A stretch of DNA of 64,000 bases from Vulcanimicrobiales bacterium (GCA_038231455.1 JBBRLI010000011.1:51922-115921); one strand, 5' to 3'. Positions 48,125 to 59,057 are shown, counted from the first letter of the stretch. Notes: generated by a model from the sequence alone, not told the origin. Translations and numbers: made by a program.

Positions 48125-49762
48125 ATGGCACACACGATCGATATCTCCGTCCCGGATCTGGGTGAGTATCACGACATCCCCGTCATCTCGATCCTCGTGA
48201 AACCCGGCGACACGATCAAAAAAGACGCACCGCTCGTCGAACTCGAATCCGAAAAAGCGACGATGGAAGTGCCCTCGTCTGCTGCTGGTGTCATCCGTTC
48301 GATCAATGTGAAGCTCGGCGATAAAGTCTCAAAAGGCTCGGTGCTCGCAAGCCTCGAGATCGAAGACGCCGCCGTCCCGGTGGCAACCGTTGTAGCACCG
48401 GCACCAGCCCCCGCTCCGGCAGCAGCGGCCAGCGCGGCCGCACCGGCACCGGCCGCTCCGCAAGCGAGCGCCGTCATCGAAATCGCCGTCCCCGACATCG
48501 GTGAATATCACGACATCCCCGTGATCTCCGTGCTCGTCGCGTCGGGCGATACCATCGCGAAAGACGCGCCGCTCGTCGAACTCGAATCGGAAAAAGCGAC
48601 GATGGAAGTCCCCTCGTCCTCAGCCGGAGTCGTGCGCGACGTCAAAGTGAAAATTGGCGATAAAGTATCGCGCGGTTCGGTGATCGTCACACTCGAAACG
48701 AGCGCGCCCGCCGTGCAAGCGTCGGCGGCGCCGGCAACACCGACCGCTCCCGCGCAACCCGCGCACGAGACCACCGTCCTTGCCAACGTCGCGAATGTTT
48801 CGCCATCATCGTACGGCGCATCCGGAACGAACGGATCGAGCAACGGCATTGCACCTCTGCCCACCCATGCGAGCCCGGCAATTCGTCGCTTCGCACGCGA
48901 ACTCGGCGTTGAACTCGCACACCTGCGCGGCACCGGACCAAACGGTCGCATCACGCGCGATGACGTGCAGAATTTCGTCAAGAACGCACTCGCGAATCCG
49001 ACCGTGGCTCCGGCCGTTGCTTCCAACGCTTCCGGACTGAACCTCCTCCCCTGGCCGAATGTCGACTTTGCAAAATTCGGACCGATCGAACGCAAGCCGC
49101 TTACGCGCATCCAAAAGATCTCCGGGCCGAATCTCGCGCGCAATTGGGTGATGATCCCACACGTCACCCAGCATGAAGATGCCGACGTCACCGAACTCGA
49201 AGAATTCCGTAAGTCGATCAACGCGGAGCAAAAAGATGTTAAGGTCACGATGCTCGCGCTCATGATCAAAGCATCCGTTTCGGCGCTGAAGAAATTCCCG
49301 CTGTTCAATACCTCGCTCGACGGCGCGGAACTCGTGTTCAAGCAATATTACAATATCGGCTTCGCCGCAGACACGCCGAACGGTCTCCTCGTTCCCGTGA
49401 TTAAAGGCGCCGACAAGAAAGGCGTTCTTGAGATCGCACGCGAGACGGGCGAACTTGCCGGCAAAGCGCGCGACGGAAAGCTGGGGCCAGCCGACATGAG
49501 CGGTGCGACATTTACCATTTCGTCACTCGGCGGAATCGGCGGGACGTATTTCACGCCGATCATCAACGCGCCGGAAGTAGCGATCCTCGGCGCTTGCCGC
49601 ACCGCCGTTAAACCGGTGTGGGACGGCAAAGCGTTCGCGCCGCGAACGATCCTACCGCTCTCGCTCTCTTACGATCACCGGGTCATTGACGGGGCAAGCG
49701 CCGCGCGCTTCGCGGCGTATCTTGCGGGCGTGCTTGCCGACATGCGCCGGACGATGCTCTAA
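48125..49762 (+). CDS. aceF: Dihydrolipoamide acetyltransferase E2 with two lipoyl domains
   Basis: Two ESEKATMEVP lipoyl domains (near-duplicate DNA), HASPAIRRFAREL, SYDHRVIDG. Confidence 0.96.
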   Translation: MAHTIDISVPDLGEYHDIPVISILVKPGDTIKKDAPLVELESEKATMEVPSSAAGVIRSINVKLGDKVSKGSVLASLEIEDAAVPVATVVAPAPAPAPAAAASAAAPAPAAPQASAVIEIAVPDIGEYHDIPVISVLVASGDTIAKDAPLVELESEKATMEVPSSSAGVVRDVKVKIGDKVSRGSVIVTLETSAPAVQASAAPATPTAPAQPAHETTVLANVANVSPSSYGASGTNGSSNGIAPLPTHASPAIRRFARELGVELAHLRGTGPNGRITRDDVQNFVKNALANPTVAPAVASNASGLNLLPWPNVDFAKFGPIERKPLTRIQKISGPNLARNWVMIPHVTQHEDADVTELEEFRKSINAEQKDVKVTMLALMIKASVSALKKFPLFNTSLDGAELVFKQYYNIGFAADTPNGLLVPVIKGADKKGVLEIARETGELAGKARDGKLGPADMSGATFTISSLGGIGGTYFTPIINAPEVAILGACRTAVKPVWDGKAFAPRTILPLSLSYDHRVIDGASAARFAAYLAGVLADMRRTML

Positions 49763-49766
49763 AGCG

Positions 49767-50687
49767 GTGCGCGTGCGAGAGACCTTCGCCGCGTTGCTCG
49801 TCTTGGCGATAGTCGCACTGGCGCCCGTCGCCGCCGGCGCAAAAACGACAATCCTCTTCGTCGGCAACAGCTTTACCCACGGCGAGTATCTCCCGGTGCG
49901 CGAGTATAACCGCGCGCACGTGACGGACGAAAACGCACGCGTCCCGCTCGGCGAAGCGCGCCACGAGCCCGTCGCGGGACCATGGAGCGGTATCCCGGGC
50001 ATTTTTGCCCGCTTCGCTGCGGAAATGGGCTTGTCGTACGATGTCCACTCGGAAACGATCAGCGGACAGACGCTCGACTTCCAGATCGACGTCGCGCTGC
50101 CCGTGATCGCTCAAGCAAAATGGGACATCGTTGTCTTACAAGAGTACAGCACGTTTCCCGTAGCGGATGCGCACGGCGGACATCGTACGGATTTTCAGCG
50201 AGCTGCCGATAAGCTTGAAGAGTCGATTCACGCAAAAAATCCCGCCGCGAACATCTTCCTTTACGAAACGTTTCCACGCGCCGACCTAACGTATCTTCCG
50301 CAGCGTTCGTTTTCTGACGAACCGATCGATACGATGGCAGACGAACTGCGCGCCGGCTATCGGATGGTATTCCAACACAACGGCCATTTCGCGGGCCTAG
50401 CGCCGGTCGGCGATGCGTGGATGCGTGCGATTCACAGCGGAGTCGCCGAAGCGAACCCCTATGTGCCGGAATTCGGCAAGCTCGATCTCTGGAACGTCGA
50501 TGCCTATCATCCAAGTAACGCGGGAGCGTACCTCACCGCCTGCGTCCTCTTCGAACGCATTACCGGTGTCGACGCACGACGGCTCGGACCGAGCGAACGC
50601 GCCGCTTCCGACCTAGGGATCGCGGCGAGCGCCGCCGCGCTGCAGCGGATCGCTCACGAACAGATCGTCGATTCCGACGCACGCTGA
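49767..50687 (+). CDS. Secreted SGNH-like hydrolase (DUF4886-like)
   Basis: Signal peptide; ILFVGNSFT, WDIVVLQE, APVGDAW, DAYHPS..G.YL. Confidence 0.75.
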   Translation: MRVRETFAALLVLAIVALAPVAAGAKTTILFVGNSFTHGEYLPVREYNRAHVTDENARVPLGEARHEPVAGPWSGIPGIFARFAAEMGLSYDVHSETISGQTLDFQIDVALPVIAQAKWDIVVLQEYSTFPVADAHGGHRTDFQRAADKLEESIHAKNPAANIFLYETFPRADLTYLPQRSFSDEPIDTMADELRAGYRMVFQHNGHFAGLAPVGDAWMRAIHSGVAEANPYVPEFGKLDLWNVDAYHPSNAGAYLTACVLFERITGVDARRLGPSERAASDLGIAASAAALQRIAHEQIVDSDAR

Positions 50688-50808
50688 CTTCCAGCGCGTT
50701 CCTGGCAACATCCTTAGGGCCGATTCGATGCAGAGCCGATTAGCGGGAAACGGCCGCATTGCAAGACGAAAACCGAATCTCTTGACTTCGTCTTAAGAAA
50801 GCTCGTGC

Positions 50809-53800
50809 ATGCGTCGCTTGTTCTTTGCGCTCTCTCTCGCTGCGCTCTTTGCCGTTCCGTTTGCGAACGCAGGCGCCCAGGAGGCTGAAGAATCGACCGC
50901 CGCGTCCCCCGCGCCGACTGCGACGCCCACGCCTCCTTTCAATCGCCTGGGTTGGCGCGAGGTCGGACCGGCCGTGGCCGGCGGCAGGCTCACCTCAGTC
51001 GTCGGTTCGGCAACGGATCCATTGCTGTATTTTATCGGCGCGGCCGGCGCCGGTGTTTGGAAAACAAGCAACGGCGGCGCGACGTGGACGCCAATGTTCG
51101 ATAAGCAGAGCGTGAGCTCGATCGGCGCCGTCGCACTCGATCCGAAAAACAACGATGTCGTGTGGGCCGGGACGGGCGAGACCAACCCGCGCAACGACGT
51201 GACGTACGGCGACGGTATCTACAAGTCGGTCGACGGCGGCAAAACGTGGAAGCATATGGGCCTGCGCGAGACGATGCAGATCAGCTCGATTGCGATCGAC
51301 CCGCGCAACACCGATACCGTGATCGTCGGCGCGATGGGCGATTTTTTCGGCGATAGCGAGTCGCGCGGCATCTACCGCACGACCGACGGCGGAAAGACGT
51401 GGGCGAAGACGCTCTACGTCGGACCGCAGAGCGGCGTGAGCGACCTTGCCGTCAATCCCGCGAACCCCGATGAGATGTACGCGGGCATCTGGCAGTTCCA
51501 GCGCGTGCCGTGGACGTTCAAGAGCGGCGGTCCCGACGACGGACTCTATAAGTCGATCGACGGCGGACTCACGTGGAAGAAGCTCACCGGCAACGGACTG
51601 CCCGCGGGTATCACCGGTCGAATCGGCCTTGCCATCGCGCCGAGCAATCCCAAACGCGTGTACGCGACGATCGAATCCAAAGACGGTATTCTTTGGCGCA
51701 GTGACGATGCGGGCGCTACGTGGACGATGATCTCGGATGATACGCTGATCAACCAGCGCCCGTTTTACTTCAGTCATCTTGCCGTCGACACGAAAAATCC
51801 CGATCACGTCTTCGGCGTCTCAAACGAGCTTGCCGAATCAAAAGACGGCGGCAAGCATTTCAAGATTACGGCCGATAGCGTGCACGTCGATTATCACAGC
51901 ATGTGGATCGCACCGAACGATCCCAAGCGGATGATTACGGGCGAAGACGGCGGGTATGGGCTTACGGTCGATGGCGGAAAAAACTGGACATTCTCGCGCA
52001 ACCTTGCGATCGGCCAGGTCTATCACGTCGGCTATAGCGATGAGACGCCGTATCGCGTCTGCGCGCCGCTGCAAGATAACAACGGCTTCTGCGGTCCCTC
52101 GGACTCGCTCAATCCGCAAGGCATCTCCGATGATACGTGGGATCGCGTCGTCGGCGGTGATGGAATGTGGGCCGTTCCCGACCCCCGCGATGCCAATTTG
52201 GTTTGGACGGATCTGCAAGACGGACGGCTCTCGATCTTCGATCGCAAAACCCGCCGCAATACCTCGATCCAGCCGTTCTACGGCAATGCCGCGGACGAAT
52301 TCAACTTTGACACGGCAAAATATCGCTTCAATTGGGATTCGCCGATTGCATTTGCGCCGTGGGACACGCACATCGGCTGGTTCGGCGGCAACGTCGTCTT
52401 CCAAACGATCGACAAAGGCGCGCACTGGACGGTGATCTCGCCGGACCTGACGCGCAACAATAAGGAACACCAAAAACCCTCGGGCGGACCGCTTGCTCTC
52501 GACGTTTCGGGCGCCGAATTCTCCGATACGATTCTCGACATCGAAGGCTCGACCAAACACGTGGGAGAGATTTGGGTCGGAACGGACGACGGCGTCATAC
52601 AAGTGACGCTCGACGGCGGCAAACACTGGAAAAATGTGACGCCTCCCGGCGTTCCCGAATACGGACGCGTCGAAATCGTGGCGCCATCACCGCTCGTCGA
52701 CGGAACGGCGTACGCCGTGATCGACCGCCACATGTCAGGCGATCGCACGACCTATGCCTTCGTCACGCACGATCACGGCGCAACCTGGACGTCGATCTCG
52801 GCCGGCCTTCCGGTCGGTCAAGAGGCGCGTTCGATCCGGCCCGATACGAAGAACCCGCACATGGTGTATCTGGGGCTCGAAAATTCACTCTGGGCTTCGT
52901 ACGACGACGGCGCGCACTGGCAGTCGTTTAACTTCAACCTGCCGCAGGTCGCCGTGTACGACATTCGCGTCCAACCTCGCTTCAACGACCTCTTGATCGC
53001 TACGCACGGCCGCGCGCTGTGGATCTTCGACGATCTCACACCCGTGCAGATGCTTCCGCAGGCCAAAGCTGCGGGCACAATGCTCTTTCCAATCCGCGAT
53101 TCGTATCAATATGGACTACACGCCGATGACGAAGGTCTCTATACGCGCTTTGCCGGCAAAAATCCGCAGCGCGGAAGCGTCATTGCGTTCTATCAAATGA
53201 CGCCGGGCGCGCAAGCTCCCGAGATCGAGATTCTCGATGCACAGCGCAACCACGTGCGCTGGATTCGCGGAACCAATCGCGTCAACGAAAAAGAAGTGCC
53301 GGTCGTGACCAACCTTGCGGGCGTCAACCGCATCGCGTGGGATTACCGTGAAGACGGTCCCGTCCGTTGGGAAGGCGCACCCAAAGACGAATACAAGGGC
53401 CCGCGCACCGGCGTCGGCCGCAACCCCGGTTCGTATGTCGCGCGCATCACGCTCGCTGGAAAATCGTTCGAGCAACCCTTCACGGTGAAAGCCGACCCGC
53501 GCGTTTCGACGACGGCAGCGGAATACGCCGCAAGCTACGCCTTTGCAAAGAAACACATGGATGAGTTCTCCGCAATCGACGTCGCACTCAATCGCATCGA
53601 CGCCGTCATCAAGTCGTCGAAGACGCCCGATACCCTCACGCAAGCGCACGCGTTGCGCGATCGGCTCACGGCGGACTTCCACAATGGGGAAGACTCGCTC
53701 CAACGCCCGGGTCGTCTGCGCGAAGACATGCAGGGTCTCATCGGCGGGCGCGGAGGCAGTTCGGCTCCGAACGCCGCGCAGCGCGAGGCCGCCGCGCGTA

Positions 53801-53877
53801 TCGATTCGGAATACGCCTCGGTCATGCGCGACGTCACGGCGTTTCTCGCCGGCAACCTCGCGATGGAACCCAAGTAA
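50809..53877 (+). CDS. Secreted VPS10/BNR-repeat beta-propeller protein (glycosyl hydrolase-like)
   Basis: Signal peptide; WREVGP..GGR; many SxDGGxTW Asp-boxes; ATHGR. Confidence 0.87.
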   Translation: MRRLFFALSLAALFAVPFANAGAQEAEESTAASPAPTATPTPPFNRLGWREVGPAVAGGRLTSVVGSATDPLLYFIGAAGAGVWKTSNGGATWTPMFDKQSVSSIGAVALDPKNNDVVWAGTGETNPRNDVTYGDGIYKSVDGGKTWKHMGLRETMQISSIAIDPRNTDTVIVGAMGDFFGDSESRGIYRTTDGGKTWAKTLYVGPQSGVSDLAVNPANPDEMYAGIWQFQRVPWTFKSGGPDDGLYKSIDGGLTWKKLTGNGLPAGITGRIGLAIAPSNPKRVYATIESKDGILWRSDDAGATWTMISDDTLINQRPFYFSHLAVDTKNPDHVFGVSNELAESKDGGKHFKITADSVHVDYHSMWIAPNDPKRMITGEDGGYGLTVDGGKNWTFSRNLAIGQVYHVGYSDETPYRVCAPLQDNNGFCGPSDSLNPQGISDDTWDRVVGGDGMWAVPDPRDANLVWTDLQDGRLSIFDRKTRRNTSIQPFYGNAADEFNFDTAKYRFNWDSPIAFAPWDTHIGWFGGNVVFQTIDKGAHWTVISPDLTRNNKEHQKPSGGPLALDVSGAEFSDTILDIEGSTKHVGEIWVGTDDGVIQVTLDGGKHWKNVTPPGVPEYGRVEIVAPSPLVDGTAYAVIDRHMSGDRTTYAFVTHDHGATWTSISAGLPVGQEARSIRPDTKNPHMVYLGLENSLWASYDDGAHWQSFNFNLPQVAVYDIRVQPRFNDLLIATHGRALWIFDDLTPVQMLPQAKAAGTMLFPIRDSYQYGLHADDEGLYTRFAGKNPQRGSVIAFYQMTPGAQAPEIEILDAQRNHVRWIRGTNRVNEKEVPVVTNLAGVNRIAWDYREDGPVRWEGAPKDEYKGPRTGVGRNPGSYVARITLAGKSFEQPFTVKADPRVSTTAAEYAASYAFAKKHMDEFSAIDVALNRIDAVIKSSKTPDTLTQAHALRDRLTADFHNGEDSLQRPGRLREDMQGLIGGRGGSSAPNAAQREAAARIDSEYASVMRDVTAFLAGNLAMEPK

Positions 53878-53878
53878 C

Positions 53879-56122
53879 ATGCCGCTGCCGCTCGCCGCAG
53901 CGGTCGCGTGCTGCGCTCTCGTCGGTCACGTGCACGATGGCGACGGTCGTGCGCTCGGTGGCGCGCACGTGCACGCGGCCGCAAGCGTTGCGACCGACGC
54001 GACGACCGATGCGAGAGGCGAGTTTCGCATGACGCTTACCGGCGGGCGCTACCGGGTGACGATCGACGCGCCGGGATTTCAATCGCTCACCCTCGACTCG
54101 CTCGAAGTGCACGGTACCGATACGATCGATGCGGCACTCGAATCGCTTGCGAGCAATCGCGTGCGAACGATCGGACGCATCACGGTCGACGGTCGTCTCG
54201 CCGTACCGCGTGCCACGATTCCCTCGCGTGAAATTACGCGGTCTGATTTGGATTCGCTTGGATTCGATCGCGCGATCGACGCACTAGGCGCGGTGTCTTC
54301 ACTAACGGCGGCGCATCCGAATGGCGGCGGACGCGGCGGACCCGCGGTCGTGGCCTTACGTGGTCCGGATCCCTCGGAGACACGCATCACGCTCGACGGC
54401 CAGACGATCAATAATGCGAATACGGGAGATCTCGATATCGGTCAGTTACCGACGAGCGTCCTATCCGGAATCGATATCAGTGAGGGCCTCGGACCAAGCG
54501 ACAAAGGCGGCGCAAATACCATCGGCGGCGAGATCAATTTTCTGACGCTGCGGCCGACGGCAACGCCGCGGCGTCTCGCGCGCTTCTCCATTGGATCGTT
54601 CGGATCGACGGCAAGCGAACTCGAGGCGACCGGCCGTTACGAGAAACTCGGGTATGCCCTTGAAATCGGACGTTCGGGACAAACGGGCTTCGTGCACAAC
54701 TTTCCCGCCACAATCAACGGCACGCCCGTGAAGCTCGGCTCGGCGATCACCGCGTCGTCGGCGCTTGCGAACCTCACCTACGATCTCTCGCTCGCCACGA
54801 GCGTGCGCGTTCGCGCGATCACGCTCGATGACGTGCGCGATACGAGCGCCGCGCTTACCGCCCCGATCGATCCGAGCAACGACCGGCCCGGCGGGGCCTT
54901 CAGCGGCACCGGGACGCAGATACGTTCGCAGAGCCTGCGCGCGCTACTCTCCGGCATATCGACCCGTGTTGGCAGCGGAACGCTGAACGCAACGTATGCG
55001 ACGTCCTCGGTGAGCGTTGCTCTCGATGCGATCGGCACCGGACCGTACGACGTTTCCAACGTCGATCGCATCGGCACCGCCTCGCTGGATTGGACCCACT
55101 CGTCCGGCGGATTCGATCTCTCGCTTGGTGGTTACGTGCGGGGCGAGAGTCTGGATTCGCCCGATCAATTCACTTCGCGTTTGAGCGAACGCAGCTACGC
55201 CTACACGCTGCGCGCGTCGAGCGACATCTCAACCCGTTTGCGTTTGAGCGCAAGCGTCATCGACTCGCGATATTCGACATTCGGCTCGAGCCTCGATGGT
55301 CGAATCGGAGCGCGCTACGCCACGGGCGGTGGCGGTGCACTGCGCGCGTCCATTGGTACCGGTTTCCGCGCGCCGCTCCTCGCGGAGCGGTTCACCTTAC
55401 CGCTCGACCAACTGCCGCCCGACGCGAACTGCGTGGGCGTCAACGGCAATCCCGGCTTGCACCCGGAGCACGCAACAGAATACGAGGTCGGCTACGGTCG
55501 GCCGTTTGGATCGAACACAACCGTCGATGCGACCTACTACCGGACGACGCTGCGCGATCCGATCGAAATCTTCTATCCGCTCGGCACGACCTGTACGAGC
55601 GGACCGGCCACGACGGTCGCGCAGAGTTTTCCGGTCAATGTCGGCAATGTGATCTACCGCGGCGGCGCGATTTCGCTAGCGCACCGCTTCGGCGCGCTTT
55701 TCGCACGGGCCGAGTACGGTGTGAACAACGCCTTTCCGACGCAACTGCCCGGGTATGTGAACAATCCAACCTCGGGGACGAATCTCATCGTGGGTCAACA
55801 GTTCGCCGGCATTCCGTTGCAGACGGTCTCGCTCAATCTTCGGTACGCTAAGGCCGCTACACACGCCGCAGCCGATGTGAGCCTCAAGAGTACCAACAAC
55901 GAACTCAATCAAGGACGCTATGCAATCGTGAACGCCGCGGTCGGCAAAACGTTTGGCGCGTTTGACTTCACGCTCTCCGGCCGCAATCTCACGAACGCCG
56001 CGAGCGGACGATTCACGCGCCTGGGACTTGGCGCTCCGTATCCAACGCCTGGCGGCAACGTCGCAACCGACGCGTTCGTCATCGAACCCGCCTCGATTCG
56101 TTTCACCATCTCGATTCGTTAG
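53879..56122 (+). CDS. TonB-dependent receptor with N-terminal carboxypeptidase-regulatory-like domain
   Basis: TDARGEF domain, plug LRG..LDGQ..GGEINF, GFRAP, NPGLHPE, NLTN. Confidence 0.85.
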   Translation: MPLPLAAAVACCALVGHVHDGDGRALGGAHVHAAASVATDATTDARGEFRMTLTGGRYRVTIDAPGFQSLTLDSLEVHGTDTIDAALESLASNRVRTIGRITVDGRLAVPRATIPSREITRSDLDSLGFDRAIDALGAVSSLTAAHPNGGGRGGPAVVALRGPDPSETRITLDGQTINNANTGDLDIGQLPTSVLSGIDISEGLGPSDKGGANTIGGEINFLTLRPTATPRRLARFSIGSFGSTASELEATGRYEKLGYALEIGRSGQTGFVHNFPATINGTPVKLGSAITASSALANLTYDLSLATSVRVRAITLDDVRDTSAALTAPIDPSNDRPGGAFSGTGTQIRSQSLRALLSGISTRVGSGTLNATYATSSVSVALDAIGTGPYDVSNVDRIGTASLDWTHSSGGFDLSLGGYVRGESLDSPDQFTSRLSERSYAYTLRASSDISTRLRLSASVIDSRYSTFGSSLDGRIGARYATGGGGALRASIGTGFRAPLLAERFTLPLDQLPPDANCVGVNGNPGLHPEHATEYEVGYGRPFGSNTTVDATYYRTTLRDPIEIFYPLGTTCTSGPATTVAQSFPVNVGNVIYRGGAISLAHRFGALFARAEYGVNNAFPTQLPGYVNNPTSGTNLIVGQQFAGIPLQTVSLNLRYAKAATHAAADVSLKSTNNELNQGRYAIVNAAVGKTFGAFDFTLSGRNLTNAASGRFTRLGLGAPYPTPGGNVATDAFVIEPASIRFTISIR

Positions 56123-56129
56123 GAGACCT

Positions 56130-59057
56130 ATGGTCCGTCGCCTCATTGCGCTTGCGTGCGCATTCGTACTGCTGGCACCACCGGCGTTCGCGCAAACGCC
56201 GGAGCGCGGCGTTGACTCCGCAACCTTCTCGGATATGCATTGGCGCATGATCGGTCCGACGCGCGGTGGGCGCGTCCTTGCAGTGAGCGGCGTTCCGGCC
56301 AATCCCAATCGCTTCTACTTTGGTGCTGTTGGTGGCGGCGTCTGGCGCACCGATAATGCCGGCCGTTCCTGGAATTCCATCTTCGACGATCAACCCGTCG
56401 CATCGATCGGTGCGATCGCCGTTGCACCAAGCGATCCGAATACGCTCTATGTAGGTTCGGGTGAGGCCGACATGCGCTCCGATATCATTCAAGGCAATGG
56501 AATGTATCGTTCGAGCGATGCGGGCAAAACCTGGACGCGGATCGGTCTGACCGATTCGCGCGCGATCGGTCGAATCGCGGTCGACCCGCGCGACGCGCGC
56601 ACGTTGCTCGTCGCCGCACTCGGTCATCCGTACGGTCCCAGCCGCGAACGCGGCATCTTTCGTTCGACCGACGGCGGTGCGACCTGGAAGAACACGCTCT
56701 TCATCGATGAGAACACCGGCGCGATCGACGTCACGCTCGATCCAAACGACCCGAGCGTCGCGTACGCGACCATGTGGCAGACGCGCCGTCCGCCGTGGAG
56801 CGTCTACCCGCCCTCGAACGGACCCGGAAGCGGGCTCTATAAATCAACCGACGGCGGAGTAACCTGGACGGCGCTTCGCGGCAACGGATTTGCAACGCAG
56901 AATCTGGGACGCATCGGTGTTGCCGTCGCGCCGAGTGATTCGAAGCGCGTCTACGCCGTCGTCGATGCAAAGGACGGCGGACTCTACCGGTCCGATGATG
57001 CCGGCGCATCGTGGAAAAAAATCGACGACGAAGCGCGCATCTGGGGCCGCGGCTGGTATTTCAGCGAAGTCGCCGTCGATCCGCGCGAGCGCGACATCGT
57101 CTACGTTTCGAACACGTCGGTCTACCGTTCGAACAACGGCGGCACGTCCTTCACCGCGATCAAAGGTGCACCGGGTGGCGATGATTATCACATGCTGTGG
57201 ATCGATCCGACGCAGGCGACGCGGATGATCCTTGCAAGCGACCAAGGTGCGATCGTTACGACCGATGGTGCCCAAACCTGGAGTTCGTGGTACAACCAGC
57301 CGACCGCGCAGATGTATCACGTTGCAACCGACAGCCGCTTTCCGTTTACGGTTTACGGGGCACAGCAAGACTCGGGCGCGATGGCCGTCCCCTCACGCAG
57401 CGGACGTCTGGGAATCAGCGCGCTCGACTGGCGTCCGCAGCAGGCCGGCGGCGAGAGCGATTACGTCGCTGTCGATCCGCGCGATCCGGATCTCGTGTAC
57501 GGCGGCCGCGTACAGCGCCAGAATATGCGCACGCGCGAAGTTCGCGACTTGACGCCGACGCTCGTCCATCCGGGAACATGGCGCGACGAGTGGACGCTAC
57601 CGCTCGTCTTCTCGACGATCGATCCGCGCGTGCTCTACTACGCAAACCAGCAACTCTTCCGCACCGCCGACGGCGGCTCGTCGTGGCAGATCATCAGCCC
57701 CGATCTCACCCGACTCGATCCCGGCGTGCCGCCAAACCTCGATGCGCCGAGCGCCGCCGATAACGCTTCGCCCGAGAAACGGCGCGGAATCATCTACACG
57801 ATCGCGCCCTCGCCGATCAAGCGCGGCACAATCTGGATTGGAACGGACGACGGTGTGGCCGCGCTGACGCGCGATGAAGGCAAACACTGGAATATCGTCA
57901 CGCCCAGCGGCCTTGCACCGTGGAGCAAATTCGGAATCATCGAGGCGTCGCACGTCAACGCAAACGAAGCGTACGCTGCCGTTGACCGGCACCGCGTCGA
58001 CGACGTCAACCCCTATCTCTACCGCACGCGAGACGGCGGAAAGTCGTGGACGAACGTCGTGGCGGGCATTCCGAGCGGAAACTTTATCAACGCTGTGCGT
58101 GAAGATCCGCTCAAAGCCGGGTTGCTCTACGCGGGAACGGAGAACGGCGTGTATGTATCGTTCGATGACGGCGATGCCTGGCAGCCGTTGCAACTCAATC
58201 TCCCGAGCGCCTCGATTCGCGATCTCACCGTGCGCGACGATGCACTCGTCGTCGCGACACATGGCCGCTCGTTTTGGATCCTCGACGACGTAACGCCGCT
58301 GCGCCAGACGAGCGCCGCACTCGCACGCGAGAGCGCACATCTCTACGCCCCGCAAACGGCAACGCGCGTTCAACCCAAAGACGACGAAGGCACGCCGCTT
58401 CCGCCGGAGGTGAGCGTCGGCGAAAATCCGCCCGACGGGGCGATCCTCGACTACTATCTTGGGACACCGGCGCGTACCGTCGTCCTCGACATCCTCGATC
58501 GCGCTGGCGCCTCGATCCGGCGCTACGCAAGCGATGACAAAATCGATCCGATCGACGCCAGCAAGCTCGACATCCCCGCCTTCTATGTGAAGCCGCAAGC
58601 GGTACCGGCCACGAGCCCCGGCATGCACCGATTCGTGTGGGACCTCCACTACCAGTCGCTCGGGGCCGGTCGGCGTCGCCGTCGTGGCGCGGGTGGTCCC
58701 TGGGCGGTACCGGGCGCATACCGCGTTCGCCTCACCACCGACGGCAAGGTAAGCGAGCAGCCCTTGAACGTGCGCCTCGATCCCCGCGACCGCGTCCCAC
58801 TACGCGACCTCCAGGCCCAATTCGCGATGTCGCTTGCCATCGAAACCCTCAAAGGGCGAATCGCCGAGGCACGGGGCGCAAAGCCGGATCCAAAAGATGC
58901 GCGCGACTTGCGCCTGCTTGGCGCGTTTCAGTCACTCGATGAGCTTGAATCCTCGGTTGAAAGCGCTCCGGGAGCGCCGAGCGCCGATCAGCGTGCGGCG
59001 TTTGCGCTCCGGCGTGACACAGCCGAGGCCGCCTTGCGCGTAAACGCGAAACCATAG
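56130..59057 (+). CDS. Secreted VPS10/BNR-repeat beta-propeller protein (paralog)
   Basis: AGGAG SD, signal peptide, WRMIGPTRGGR, Asp-boxes, ATHGRSFWILDD. Confidence 0.87.
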   Translation: MVRRLIALACAFVLLAPPAFAQTPERGVDSATFSDMHWRMIGPTRGGRVLAVSGVPANPNRFYFGAVGGGVWRTDNAGRSWNSIFDDQPVASIGAIAVAPSDPNTLYVGSGEADMRSDIIQGNGMYRSSDAGKTWTRIGLTDSRAIGRIAVDPRDARTLLVAALGHPYGPSRERGIFRSTDGGATWKNTLFIDENTGAIDVTLDPNDPSVAYATMWQTRRPPWSVYPPSNGPGSGLYKSTDGGVTWTALRGNGFATQNLGRIGVAVAPSDSKRVYAVVDAKDGGLYRSDDAGASWKKIDDEARIWGRGWYFSEVAVDPRERDIVYVSNTSVYRSNNGGTSFTAIKGAPGGDDYHMLWIDPTQATRMILASDQGAIVTTDGAQTWSSWYNQPTAQMYHVATDSRFPFTVYGAQQDSGAMAVPSRSGRLGISALDWRPQQAGGESDYVAVDPRDPDLVYGGRVQRQNMRTREVRDLTPTLVHPGTWRDEWTLPLVFSTIDPRVLYYANQQLFRTADGGSSWQIISPDLTRLDPGVPPNLDAPSAADNASPEKRRGIIYTIAPSPIKRGTIWIGTDDGVAALTRDEGKHWNIVTPSGLAPWSKFGIIEASHVNANEAYAAVDRHRVDDVNPYLYRTRDGGKSWTNVVAGIPSGNFINAVREDPLKAGLLYAGTENGVYVSFDDGDAWQPLQLNLPSASIRDLTVRDDALVVATHGRSFWILDDVTPLRQTSAALARESAHLYAPQTATRVQPKDDEGTPLPPEVSVGENPPDGAILDYYLGTPARTVVLDILDRAGASIRRYASDDKIDPIDASKLDIPAFYVKPQAVPATSPGMHRFVWDLHYQSLGAGRRRRRGAGGPWAVPGAYRVRLTTDGKVSEQPLNVRLDPRDRVPLRDLQAQFAMSLAIETLKGRIAEARGAKPDPKDARDLRLLGAFQSLDELESSVESAPGAPSADQRAAFALRRDTAEAALRVNAKP

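Noticed and set aside
48137-48700. Long near-identical direct repeat
   Set aside because: Explained by the two lipoyl domains of AceF; not a mobile or CRISPR repeat.
50809-59057. Recurrent GACGGCGG...TGG short repeats
   Set aside because: They encode Asp-box (SxDGGxTW) motifs within CDS, with irregular spacing; not a CRISPR array.
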